A stretch of 64,000 nucleotides of DNA from Chrysomallon squamiferum (taxonomy: Eukaryota; Animalia; Mollusca): contig CM022665.1 of NCBI GenBank assembly GCA_012295275.1, positions 45,632,001-45,696,000 of the forward strand. The letters are read 5' to 3'. The position numbers were made by a program, and so were the translations under genes. Shown here in pieces: positions 1 through 12,107 of this stretch. The number at the start of each line of letters is the position of its first letter. Within the stretch, counting starts at the first letter, position 1. Below the pieces are notes generated by a model. The model did not search any database and had not been told where the DNA came from. It saw nothing but the letters and a program-made list of their open reading frames with translations.

Positions 1-469
1 CTACGTCCCGGTACTAAACAAACCAGATTTGCCGAGTTCCCGGGCCGACTCCATTCTGAATAGTCATTATTCAACTGATTTACAGATAAGTTTCTCAAAT
101 TACCTTCTGAAATGTTGTGTATTCCCTTTGTTATCGTTTATTTATTGTTAACAAGATGAGATAAAGAGGATATCATATCTTTTTTACAACGTTTTGTTTT
201 ACAATAGAATGTATGATTTAAAAAAAAAACCTCTCACAGAAATATCTGTTTTAGTGTTTCATTTGTGCGTGCAGAATAAATAAAACACATGAATTCAACG
301 TCAGTGGACCAAACTGAGTTTGTTTTATTCGTACCAGTGAGGTTTAGACAAACATTAAAGATAAATTCGTAATTTTCACTTTTTTATGTCGTTCAGTACA
401 TTATCTAATAAAACAACGGAATAATGTAGCAAACTTAGTTTCTGTTTAACTTTCACAGTTTTATAAAAG

Positions 470-624
470 TGAATATTAATAAAATAGATTATGGATTAAT
501 ATTAACAAAAAATTGGCAGTAAATTGCCTAGTGAACTAAAATACCAGTAAATATTAATAAAATAGATTATGCATTAATATTGACACAAAAATTGGCAGTA
601 AACTGCCAAGTGAACTAAAATACT
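470..624. repeat. Two ~78-bp direct tandem copies in the 3' flank of copy 1
   Basis: aatattaataaaatagattatg.attaatatt.aca.aaaattggcagtaaa.tgcc.agtgaactaaaatac occurs twice. Confidence 0.8.
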
Positions 625-1603
625 TCAAGTTGTGTTTACACTGGGACACTCAGGAATTCCACACGTCTCAAACCTGACCTTGTTGTCCATCGTGTAACAC
701 CACACATATTTTATTCTATCGGGATTACGACAGAAATTTTCTACAGCGGACACATTATCTTCTGGATAACTCTTTGGGTTGGTGAAATGGTGAGAGTGGG
801 GATACTGCTGGTCAAACCTCTGACAGGTGATTCCAGAAATCGTTGTCGTTTTTCTTCCTGTGTACCACGGTTTCCCGTTCACGTAATGAAAGCATTCGGG
901 TTCCGGAACAACATCACAGTCATCTGAAACATAACTGCAAATATTTAAGCGGGAGTAGACCCATGATAGGTATGATATAATTATATTGACACCACTCTGC
1001 CTCACTTTTATAACAAATATATTACATACAAAAGAAATATCTATGTTTGTTTCTACATCGTAGGTAATTGCAAAGGTATCACAAACGGTACATTGTGAAA
1101 AATACAGCAAAAGTGTAAAAACTCTTCATCTTTTTCATCGCCTGTATGTTACTCGTACATACAAATACCAGTTATTTTTTAATATAATGAGACCTTTTCG
1201 ATTACATGCATTGTTAAATGGAAGACAAGAGGATAAGTAAATGTTAATACATGCACTTACCATTAGTACGATAAATCAGGAAAGATCTTTGTACATCAGT
1301 GGTTGTATTGTTGGTCGATTTGGAACGATAAATCGCGCACGTGTTGTATCGAGTATCGAAGACGACAGCTGTACAAACATCGTCAGTTCCACACCAGCGC
1401 AAACAATCGATGTGTGTACTCAACAGTTTCAGTTTGTACAGATCCAGATTCGTTACGTTCAAATCAGAAAAACAGAAAACACGAAGAAATCTTTTCTTTA
1501 CACCAACACAGACGTTTTCTCCTTCCCACACTTGTAGCGAGATGAAAAAGAGAAGGAGAAAAATGGAAGGAAGGCAAAGACAAAATGTGCAGTGAAATTT
1601 CAT
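625..1603 (-). CDS. Secreted PAN/apple + kringle protein, copy 1 (intact, 213 aa)
   Basis: Exon1 1603-1261 (ATG, hydrophobic signal MKFHCTFCLCLPSIFLLLFFISLQVWEG, PAN-type motif DCLRWC..DDVC.AVVFDTRYNTCAIY), donor GTAAGT, phase 1. Exon2 923-625 after tttcAG encodes a kringle (YTGRKTTTISGITCQRFD...NFCRNPD..VWCYT...CGIPEC), ending TGA. Total 642 nt, in frame. Confidence 0.9.
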
Positions 1604-2654
1604 AATTACAAGACGACACGTAATTCAGATTTAATCTGGAATGAAAGACGACATAAAACTAAAGGTATTATAAATGCTTTCATAGGTAAGTAAATGAATG
1701 ACGGTAAAATCTTTTTTTTTCTTTTTTTTCCCATAAGATGTCTGTCGTCGTCTTTGCCTTGATTTCTTTGTGTTTGCTTCTTATAAATACTTTTCTTATT
1801 AATAATTGAGAAAAGGAGAATCCAACTGTAAAACACTTAATTTGATTAACTCAGCATGCATTAAATGTTGTGAATAGTGATTACTCAACTGATTTATAGG
1901 AATAATTGGATTTCTCTTTGTGATCGCTTTTTATTCTTAGCAAGACCGCGCAGAGAAGAAGTTGAAGTGCATTTCTGCGTTGCATCCGATTGTCTGTCTA
2001 AGACTAATAATAACAGCTATTACAACTTTATTTTACGATTCTACGAATCACAAAGGTAGAGAGAAAGAAAGGCGCTTTCATTCATTTTCATATACATATA
2101 TATATATTTTTTTATCATTGTTTATAGAATACATATAACACAGGAAATGAACCTAAACAAACCATATTGAGATTATTTCATTCGTACCAATGAGGTACAA
2201 AAGGACACGCACAGATAAACATCGATTTCTGTACACCAGCTCAAACAGTCAGTGCTTGTACCTAACGGTTTAAGTCTCTGTAGAATCAGTGATGAGAAAA
2301 AAGAAAAAAACAGAGAACACGACAAAATCTTGCCTTTGTAGTAACACAAACATCTCTTCCTTTAACTTACATATAAAACTGTAAGAGTCAAGGGTAGAAT
2401 ATATAAATAATTTCATAATTAATTCTAAACTAAAAAGGTACATGGATTTTTATTGATTACTTTTCTTTCTTTTGTTGCTCTGATTAATAAAAATAATAAT
2501 ATTTCGAGGGAGATGTTAACATATTTGAATGTTTCTGTTTGATACGTCGTATATTCTTTTGTTTAATATATGAACAGTTCCGCTTGGCATAGTACCTCTG
2601 TATATTTAATATAATATCGCAAACTCTGGCATTTTTGCTTTATATATATATATA

Positions 2655-2773
2655 TACCCTGACTTACGAGTTTAATTCTTTCCGTGGCCGAGCTCGTTAC
2701 TCAGTTTGCTCGTATATCAAATCAATTGCAATCATACAGTATATGAGAAATATCGTAAGTCAAGGTACCACTG
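2655..2773. mobile_element. Short Tc1/mariner-pogo(Tigger)-like MITE
   Basis: Right end tcgtaagtcaaggtaccactg|TA is the reverse complement of a CAGTGGTACCTTGACTTACGA-type TIR. Left end taccctgacttacga is a partial TIR buried in a (TA)n run. Confidence 0.55.
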
Positions 2774-3326
2774 TATATATATAAAATTCGTAAAATAAAA
2801 AGACATAAAAAAATATTTATATGTCTAAGTTTAGAATGTTTATTTAGCATGTACACAAAAAAAATAAAAAATAATTATAATAAAACATCGTGTTACATAC
2901 GTGAAAGATTCAAGAAATAATAAAAGTTAATTAAGAAATTGGTAGTTTTTTTTGTTGTTTTTTTCTGCTATTAAAATCCGAACGTTGGTGGCTCCATTTT
3001 ATTTACTTTTTAAGTTATTACTGATTGGTTCGTATTCAAAGTGTGTTATTTAATACAGTTTATGCGTCTATAAAATAGATAGGAGAATGGAATTTTGACT
3101 TGCTGTGTATGTTGGTTTTCTCGTTCCTGCAAACCTCTATTCTACATACAAAAAAAAAAAAAAAAAAAATTCCCTGCTTACCTCGAAAAATTGAAATGGG
3201 TGGGAGATAAACAAGTATTTTTAAAATTATTATTATTATTATTATTATTATTATTTTAATGTGGTCTTATTGAATGAGTAACTAAAACGAACAAGAGACA
3301 GAAAAAATACAAACATGGGAAAGACA

Positions 3327-4010
3327 AATTACTACGTGACCTTTCATCACGCGTGTGATTTCGTATTCCACTGCGTGTAATTAACACTGTATGTGAATTA
3401 CTACGTGACCTTTCATCACGCGTGTCATTTCGTATTCCACTGCGTGTAATTAACATTGTATGTGAATTACTACGTGACCTTTCATAACGCGTGTGATTGC
3501 GTATTCCACTGCGTGTAATTAACATTGTATGTGAATTACTACGTGATCTTTCATCACGCGTGTGATTGCGTATTCCACTGCGTGTAATTAACATTGTATG
3601 TGAATTACTACGTGACCTTTCATAACGCGTGTGATTGCGTATTCCACTGCGTGTAATTAACATTGTATGTGAATTACTACGTGACCTTTCATCACGCGTG
3701 TGATTGCGTATTCCACTGCGTGTAATTAACATTGTATGTGAATTACTACGTGATCTTTCATCACGCGTGTGATTGCGTATTCCACTGCGTGTAATTAACA
3801 CTGTATGTGAATTACTACGTGATCTTTCATCACGCGTGTGATTGCGTATTCCACTGCGTGTAATTAACATTGTATGTGAATTACTACGTGATCTTTCATC
3901 ACGCGTGTGATTGCGTATTCCACTGCGTGTAATTAACATTGTATGTGAATTACTACGTGATCTTTCATCACGCGTGTCATTGCGTATTCCACTGCGTATT
4001 ATTAACATTG
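3327..4010. repeat. 69-bp minisatellite, ~10 near-identical copies
   Basis: Unit gaattactacgtga(c/t)ctttcatcacgcgtgtgattgcgtattccactgcgtgtaattaacattgtatgt; explains the 23-aa-periodic ORF 3256-4008. Confidence 0.95.
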
Positions 4011-4755
4011 AAAGGCTGTTTAAAACTAAGTATACGTCAATACGTCACTAACATCTAATGTATAGAACAGTTTTGTATTCTACGATGACATCCATTTTTT
4101 TATCACGCGTTTTTTTTTCTTCTGGGTTTTTTAATTATTAAGAATATATAGATATATTTAAAACCTGTTAATAATTAAGCATAAAAACCAATGACGCTAT
4201 TTGAGGATACACTTTAGAATATGGATTACGTCTGGACTTGTTTAGTTTCGCACTTTTACAACGTAAGATCAAACATCTTTTGACGCATCTACAAATACGC
4301 GGAAAATGGTATTTGTAATATGCTGAATAACAAAAGGAGTACAAGTGTTACTTTTCTTATTCTTACAAACGTAGCTGGCTCTGTAGGTTTTGTAAGAAAC
4401 AAACAAAACAACAGTTTTCTGTTTCAAGATTTTTTTTCTTCATCTCGTCTCGCTCTGCAGTTTAGATAAAGAAAGGAACAAATGAAGGAGAACAAAACAA
4501 AAAATAGAATGTACTTATATATTCTTTTATTCCTCTATTTATTTATTTTATTTTATTTTATTTATTTTATTTTATTTTTTTATTTATTTATTTATTTATT
4601 TATTTTTTTATTTATTTATTTATTTATTTATTTTTATTTATTTATTTATTTATTTATTTTTTTAAATTAATGCTCAGAACGAATAACTAACTGCCTGACA
4701 CCAGTTCATAAACAAAACATACAAGAGCAAAAATTGAGAACGTGACTGAAATCCT

Positions 4756-7027
4756 TCAAGCCGTATTCCTGCTGGGACACTGAGGAATTCCACACGTCTC
4801 AAACCTGACGTTGTCGTGCACGGTGTAACACCAGACAGATTCCATTCTATCTGGATTGCGACAGAAGTTTTCTACAGCGGAGACATTGTCTTCTGAGAAG
4901 TACTCTTGGGTAACGAACCGGTGACCGTGGGGAGTCTGCTGGTCAAACCTCTGACAGGTGATTCCAGAAATCGTCGTCGTTTTTCTTCCTGTGTACCACG
5001 GTTTTCCGTTCACGTAATGAAAGCATTCGGGTTCCGGAACAATACCACAATCATCTGAAAAATAAAAAATATTTGTAAATATTTTAGCAGGCGTGAGTCC
5101 AGGGGATTTGAGATACAAACAGACACCAGACTTTTTAGTCATCTTTGCACAGATATATGAATTCGTGATATTATGTACAGTAAATTATATTCTCGTTTTT
5201 TTTGCGTTTGTTAAAAATATAGTCACAAGGTAGTCACGTACATCGTCAATTTAGGTAGGAATTTACATCATTGGAAACAGTTCTGTCTGTGCTGTATAAT
5301 GAGCATAAAAATAAATATATAAATAATATATAAGTAAAAATAAATATATAAATAATATATAAGTAAAAATAAATATATAAATAATATATAAGTAAAAATA
5401 AATAAATAAATGCTTACTAAATAAGAAGAAAAACGAAATGTCCCAGATAATTACAAACGTAAAATTACTAGGGTTTGCAAATTACCGGCAATATCAATAC
5501 CGGTAAATTACAGATAGATATTCTCAATACCGGTTTTCACCGGTTTTAGTTAGTTCGTGCATAGGAAAAGGTACTTACGGGGCTTTTGTGGACACTGTTT
5601 TCTTTTACACATACTAATTTTATTTATTATTTTGTCATTCATCTGACAACATTATTCATTATCCTCCTTTTCCTGAAATATAGTGAAGAGAACCTTTATA
5701 GAACTTAAAATGGCTACAAAAGGTATATAAGAAATGTACATGTAATAAAAAACCAAGAAGAAATGTGGATGCGAATTTTATAAAAAATAATCGAGGAAAA
5801 TGTACATCACATGTTTTGCAACTTTGGAGAAGTTCTGATTCATTCCTCGATAGTCGAAAAGTATGACTTTAAAACACCCAAAACATCTAGTGTCATGGGC
5901 GACAACAGAGAAGCAGGAGCCAATCCTTTATCACTAGTCTCCAAAATGACTTAGGATGCCACACATGTCAGCAATCTAACAGGTAAACATGGAACATTAA
6001 ACAGACGAGCATCGAACTCGCATCTCAAGGCATGTTAGCAACACCCGAGTTACTAACATAATCTTATGTTAACAACTAACATATCTCTCAACATAACTCT
6101 TTAAAATTTAGAAAACCGGCATTGGTGCTTCGGTAAAGGTATTACCCATCAATTACTAAAACCGGTATTTACCGGTATTTAAATACCGGTTTTCGAACCC
6201 TAATAATTACCCATTCAGATTTATCATTTTCTTTATGCGTGTGTACGCAATACACATTCTCTTTACAGCAATTGAAAACTGTATTAACCTACACTTTAAG
6301 AATACTTTTCACAACAAGGCAAAAACTCTTTACATATTTGCATAATTAATTTTTTCTTTTGTCTGTGTGTGTGTACGTGTGTGTGTCTTTGCGTACACGT
6401 AGTTAAACTAATTTATTTTGTGTGCGCTAAACATATGGTTTCGCGTATTTAACTTTACTTTTTGGTGTATGAACGTAATTTTTCATCAATACATGGGTGA
6501 CCTTCGTATCGTTTATTGATTTTTTTATTTAATATATGTGCTGTTAAGGCTACACAAATCAGGAGACAGGGAGGCGTTTTGATGTCTAACAAATGCTACT
6601 TGATGTGGATCACGGTCTCACACCAGCATTTATCAAAGCAAACGTTGCAGCCGAAAATACGACAGTTAAGTTAAACAGACTTACCACCTTCGTCGTAAAC
6701 CAGGAAATATCTTTGCACAGCTGCGACTGTTACGTTGGCCCATTTGGAACGATAAATCGCGCACGTGTTGTATCGATTATCGAAGAAAGAGGCTGTACAA
6801 GCATCGTCTTCTGTGCACCAGCTCAAACAATCGGTGCTTGTACCTAACAGTTTCAGTTTGTAGAGATCCAGATCCTTCACGTTCAAATCGGAAAAACAGT
6901 AAACACGAGAAAATCTTGTCTTGGTACCAGCACAAACATTACCTCCTTCGCTTACATATAGGAATGTAAGAGCGAAGAGGACAAACAGGAATAGCTGGCA
7001 GAAACCAAATCTGCTGCCAAATTTCAT
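4756..7027 (-). CDS. Secreted PAN/apple + kringle protein, copy 2 (intact, 213 aa; subtype B)
   Basis: Exon1 7027-6685 (signal + PAN, GTAAGT donor, phase 1); exon2 5054-4756 (ttttcAG, DDCGIVPEPEC...CRNPDRMESVWCYT...CGIPQC, TGA). Confidence 0.9.
5305..5400. repeat. 29-bp AT-rich tandem repeat (~3 copies) in the intron of copy 2
   Basis: taaaaataaatatataaataatatataag repeated. Confidence 0.8.
5469..6202. mobile_element. Non-autonomous hAT-type DNA transposon in the intron of copy 2
   Basis: Termini TAGGGTTtgcaaattaccgg / ccggttttcgAACCCTA, multiple subterminal taccggt motifs, 8-bp TSD aaaattac (5461-5468) / ataattac (6203-6210). The paralogous intron of copy 10 (~31285-31335) shows the empty site. 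Confidence 0.8.
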
Positions 7028-8069
7028 GGTGAATTTCCTATCGTTAGCCGATTCGGTTCAAAGACGGTTTCAAACTACGACTATAGAAAAAACAAAGAAA
7101 GGTACATTGATTTTATATTGATTTTTATTTTCTTTTCATTTTTTTATATTTTATTTTTTTTCATTTTTTTTTATTTTTCCAGGTAAGAAAAAGAACGGTA
7201 CTTATGGGAAAACTTTAACATTTAAATAATTTATATTTCTTTTCTTTAACAAACGAGTAGCTCTGCTTGTGTAATTAAACCAGCTACTGGTGTATATATT
7301 TACACATAAATATATAATTCGTAAAGAAGCAAATAAAAAGACAACTGCATGTCTAAGTTCAGAATATTTTTGTTTACATTTACGCAAGCATCAAGAATAA
7401 TATATGGTGTTATATTGTGCGTTTCTGTGTTATTTACAAAAAACGAATTATCCCAAGGCGTTTAACATTCATGTTACGGTTTGTTCCTCTGTATTAAGAT
7501 AGTCTCGACATTTCGGTTCAAACTGCAATATTACATGTCAAAGTCACTGATGTGAATAACAATTGCTCAGCTTTACAGTTTTCAAATTAGAGTGGATAAA
7601 AAAAAAATAATGCCACACAGTATTTGCAATTTAGATAAAATATGTAGAAAAAAAAAAAAAAAAAAAAAAAATAAAGGTTTTCTGCTAATAAACCTTTTTT
7701 TTTTGTATATATAAATCGAATAAGGCTTTCCACAACATGCAAATATATATAAAAAATTATTATCATTTGTTAAGAAAGAAAATATTTATATAAAAGATCG
7801 CTTGCTCAAAAAGAAATATTTAGTTCATTTTGTATAATTAACAAACTATTCGAAATTTTCCTTCCAAATAAACCATGCAGACAATTCATGTTTTGTCCCA
7901 GAATAATTGGGAGGAAAGGGTTGTAAGCGTAATTTTAAAAAGAAAGTGACTACATTTAACTTATAAGTCAAAAATCTGTTATGACTCTAGGCGAACTTCA
8001 AACCAGTGTTGCTGAATAATTATGTGACAGATCACACAATACGACGAACTAAAACGTTTCAAACAGCAG

Positions 8070-8623
8070 TTACACTGTTACACAGTCAGGAATTCCACAC
8101 TTCTCGTATCTAGGACTGTCTTTCATTGAGTAACACCAAGCATAGCCGTCGTTTCCAGGGTCTCGACAGAAATTTTCGGCATCAGTCGCACTGCCTTCTG
8201 GGTATCTCCATGGCTGTGCGTATTTGTGATTCCAGAAATCGTTGTCGTTTTTCTTCCTGAGTACCCTTTTTGGCCGTTACCGGAGAGATAGCACTCGGGT
8301 CCCGGAACAACATCACAGTCATCTGAAACAAGAGTCAAGAAATATTTTTTACTATCAGCGACCTAAACCCATCCATTTTCGTTCTTTTACCTGATATTTT
8401 TTTCGTAATCTTTTTCAGTACTAAGGTGTTTCGTCATATAGGTGGTTCACCTCAAAAAGATAATAACAATAGAAAACAGTATACCTCATCAACTGATCTT
8501 TGTGATGACGAATATCATCATAATAATAACAGTAATAATAACAGTAATAATAATAATAATAATAATAATAATATTAATAATAATAATAATAACTATAATA
8601 ACAATAATAACAACAACAACAAC

Positions 8624-8672
<49 letters not shown>

Positions 8673-9090
8673 TAATAATAATAATAAAACGCATTGGTTA
8701 TAGGTTGGAACGGTAAATATTGCAATAGCAGCCAGACAAAAGCAGTATCATCTTACTATAGGCTACATTAAACAACAGTTTTAAATTACAAAGTGATTTT
8801 TATTATTATTTTATTTTTTTATTTGTTAAGAAAACAAAAACATTTTAGTGGTATTACCCGTTAATGCGGCAATAGTAGAAGTAGAGGTAACAACAGAAAT
8901 AAACTTAAAGTCTTCACGATAAACCAGGAAAGGTAAATATTGCAATAGCAGCCAGACAAAAGCAAGTATCATCGATAAACCAGGAAAGGTTTCTCTTTAT
9001 CGATGTTTTTTTTTTACGGTCTGTTTAAGACGATAAATCAGCGCAAATCAGAAATGCAAGAAACATGAAAGAACTTTGTCGACTCAGCAG
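8070..9090 (-). pseudogene. PAN-kringle pseudogene, copy 3 (subtype C)
   Basis: Kringle exon 8322-8070 has a frameshifting deletion after SGIT (compare intact copy 9). Only deleted and rearranged PAN-exon remnants remain at ~8905-9090; no ATG or signal peptide. Confidence 0.8.
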
Positions 9091-9723
9091 TATTTTTGTT
9101 TATTTACACAATCTAATCAGACGTACATAACAAAACAAAATATTTATTCATCAAATATGTATTCCTATACAAACACACGCACATGCACATCAACCATATA
9201 CACCTGCAGACACAAGGAATCAATGGCTATGACTTAATACAAATTCTAATAAAGTAATTGTGCTAATCGTAAAGGCAAAGATTCCTTGAATACTTTTTAA
9301 CTCACACTTTTAACAACCACTTCCTTGTATATTCTGCATTATGTAATTTCTCATTCTTTGTTACAGCAGAAAAAAACAGCTTAGGTTCGTGTTTTTTGTT
9401 TGTTTTTGTCGCTTTTTATAATTTAAATTTATATCTTCTGTAATTAACTGTCTCACTAAAATTAATTATAATGTGTTCTGTGTGCATTCCACCAATTTTA
9501 CAACAAGTTAATTTATAGTAGTGTCCATCCTGTTATGTTTTATAAGCTCTACCATATGTTAATGTAAATCGTGTTTTCCTTACAACAACGTATATATATA
9601 TATATATATATATTAAAAAAGATAAAAATGTAAAAGTAAAAACACAAGAGGAAGAATAATAATTTTTTTTTTATTAATAATGGAACCTAAAATGGATGGT
9701 AATTAATAAACGTACTCTGTCTC

Positions 9724-9730
9724 TATATAA
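9724..9730 (+). promoter_or_regulatory. TATA box of Cys-rich gene A
   Basis: TATATAA ~125 bp upstream of ATG 9853; the surrounding sequence is conserved in the inverted paralog (~40070-40078). Confidence 0.5.
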
Positions 9731-9852
9731 ACTCGGAGTTTTCTCTATAACCTTACATTTAGTCTCGTGATTCGCCCAGTTTACAGTTGTTTGAAAACTG
9801 TGCCTCCGAGATTGACTGCAGTTAGAGTCTGTGCGCATCTTTGCAGTGGAAA

Positions 9853-10820
9853 ATGGTGAATGTCAAAGTACTCGCGGTTTTGGTAAGTTTATATATAAAA
9901 AAAAAATTGCTTCACTCAGTGTTAAATTATTTCGTTGAGAATAATTTTATAATCAATGAAAAAAAAATTTTAGTTCCTTATTTTAATTGTAGAATTATTT
10001 TCAATATTGTCTTTCTTCCTTTTTTTTTTAATGTGAGTGTTTACCTCTATATTTCTGCATGTCTTCTTTCTTTCTTTATACGTATGTATGAAAGTTTAGA
10101 TACATAGAAATGTATATATATATATGTAAGTATGTTTGGCATTGTTTATATATATATACTGATTACATTTTTTTTCAGACTGTATTTATGGTTATACAGA
10201 CAAACCATCTTGGTCTAGCAACACCATGCTCGGTAAGTTGAATTGTTTCTTAGTTACAGTTTCATCAGCTGCAGAATATTTAATATTTTAACTTGTGTCT
10301 GATTTGTTATTTAAAACAGTATTACCAACATTCAGAAAGATCCGTCATCAGAATGAACTCCATCATCATTATAGTCATCATCACAACCACTATATGATGA
10401 TGATGATGATGAAAATTAGATTTTATTCTTGCGTAATTATCATAAGCAACGTTATATCGGCTTCATTGTCATTACCATCATCGTCATCATCATCATCAAT
10501 GCAGTTATCATCATTACATTCATTGTCGTTACCATTGCCATCATCGCTGTCATTATTGTCACAGTTACAAGTGATGATGAGATAATGATCAGTGTCAGTG
10601 ATTTTCTGTGTGTGTATTTACAGACTCACCAGTGTCCTGATGGTAAAACGTGCAGACTGAAAGAAGTAACTTGTGACACTCACCCATGTCCACCTGCACC
10701 AGTGTGCGGTAAGAAACATCGTGAAAAAATACTCGACTCAAATTCACCCACATATTTTATGATGACAGTGTACGCAATTAAAATGATGCGTACGTATGTA
10801 CGTATGGACATATATACTAT

Positions 10821-10851
<31 letters not shown>

Positions 10852-11338
10852 CACACATACTTATATACATACAAACATACATACATATATACATAAACTC
10901 TCGTATTGCAGTTGTCGTATCCTCAGTCTGTTATGGTTTATTGACGTTAAATAATTTTACAGAGTTGTTCATATCCTCAGTCTGTTAAAGTTTTGTTTGA
11001 CGTTCTCAATTTTCGAATATCAAAAACACGATCTTTCACCTGTCTGTCGTTACGTTCGTGGTATTTAGTTATTCTTCATTAGCAGCAAACACTGGTTTCT
11101 AGTGAGGTATATAAAAAAAATAAAGAATCGCTTTGGTGTAAAACTTAACAGTTTGTTTTTCTCTGCAGTTTCGACTCCGCCTGATCAACAAAAGTGTGGC
11201 GTGGGACCAGGTCCTGTCCTCGGTTTGAACGGTGAGGAGATCGAGTGCGGATGGGACCCGGCTGTTTGTCCGGATTCCACGTCCTGTACCAACGACCTGA
11301 CAGGAAAATTTGTTGTGTGTTGCTGGGTTGGATATTAA
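9853..11338 (+). CDS. Secreted Cys-rich protein A: 6-Cys module + Lustrin-type Cys repeat (112 aa)
   Basis: Exons 9853-9882, 10179-10232, 10624-10708, 11169-11338, all GT-AG, phases 0,0,1. Protein MVNVKVLAVLTVFMVIQTNHLGLATPCSTHQCPDGKTCRLKEVTCDTHPCPPAPVCVSTPPDQQKCGVGPGPVLGLNGEEIECGWDPAVCPDSTSCTNDLTGKFVVCCWVGY. The C-terminal C..G.P....CG....CP...C.....CC pattern resembles the Lustrin_cystein/WR1 repeat. Confidence 0.85.
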
Positions 11339-12107
11339 AACAGGTTGCAGAGGCTGGAAAACTTCAAAAGTGTTTAACGAAATAATGAAACACTGTTATT
11401 TTGTTAACTTTTTTTCCTTTCTTTTCTCTCTCTCTCTTTTTTAATAAGGTAAAACAACAGAGTCTGATTTGCGAATATCTTAGCAGTTGTAGATTGTTGT
11501 TGTTTTCGCTGTATCAGTCATAGTATTGTAATTGTGATAATTGGCAACATTAAATCTGCTTTTTCTTAGTTACATTTATGTATTATTCATTAACAACTGA
11601 ATTATTACGTTCAAAAAAGAAAAGAAAAGAAAAAAGAAGACAGATAGTTAGAAGTCGATTTCTCAAACAAGATAGAGAAACCATAGTGAAAACAAAACCC
11701 TGAAAAAAAAAAATTAAAATAATAAAAGACTTACTTAAAGCGCTTTTATTTCATACAGTCGATATAATGATTAGAATCAGTGATATTATTGTCATTACTA
11801 TTGAATAACATACAAGGTTACATAAAGATTGCGCTGGACTCCTGATCCCATTAGCTTGAACATTTTTACAACAAACAGAAATATTTTGATAACAATATGG
11901 ACAACTTTGTTGTTTAATAAAATATTCACCTTGATGAACTACGATAATTTACGATTTTTAAAACTGAAAAACTATTTTCTTATTTCTTATCCAATATTCG
12001 TCACACACACACATATATATATTTGTGGATAAAATAATGTTTAAGGTAGATTACTGCAGTAAATTGCAAACTCAATAAAGAAAAAAAAAAGTTTCAATCT
12101 GTAGATA

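Noticed and set aside
3256-4008. 250-aa ORF with a 23-aa repeat, and a superficially CRISPR-like periodicity
   Set aside because: It is simply the translation of a 69-bp head-to-tail minisatellite. There are no unique spacers and no cas genes, the context is eukaryotic, and the start is non-ATG.
8123-8338. ORFs ending ...KAVRLMPKISVETLETTAMLGVTQ (also 28568-28798 and 42193-42483)
   Set aside because: These are alternative-frame readings of subtype-C kringle exons, not a separate protein family.
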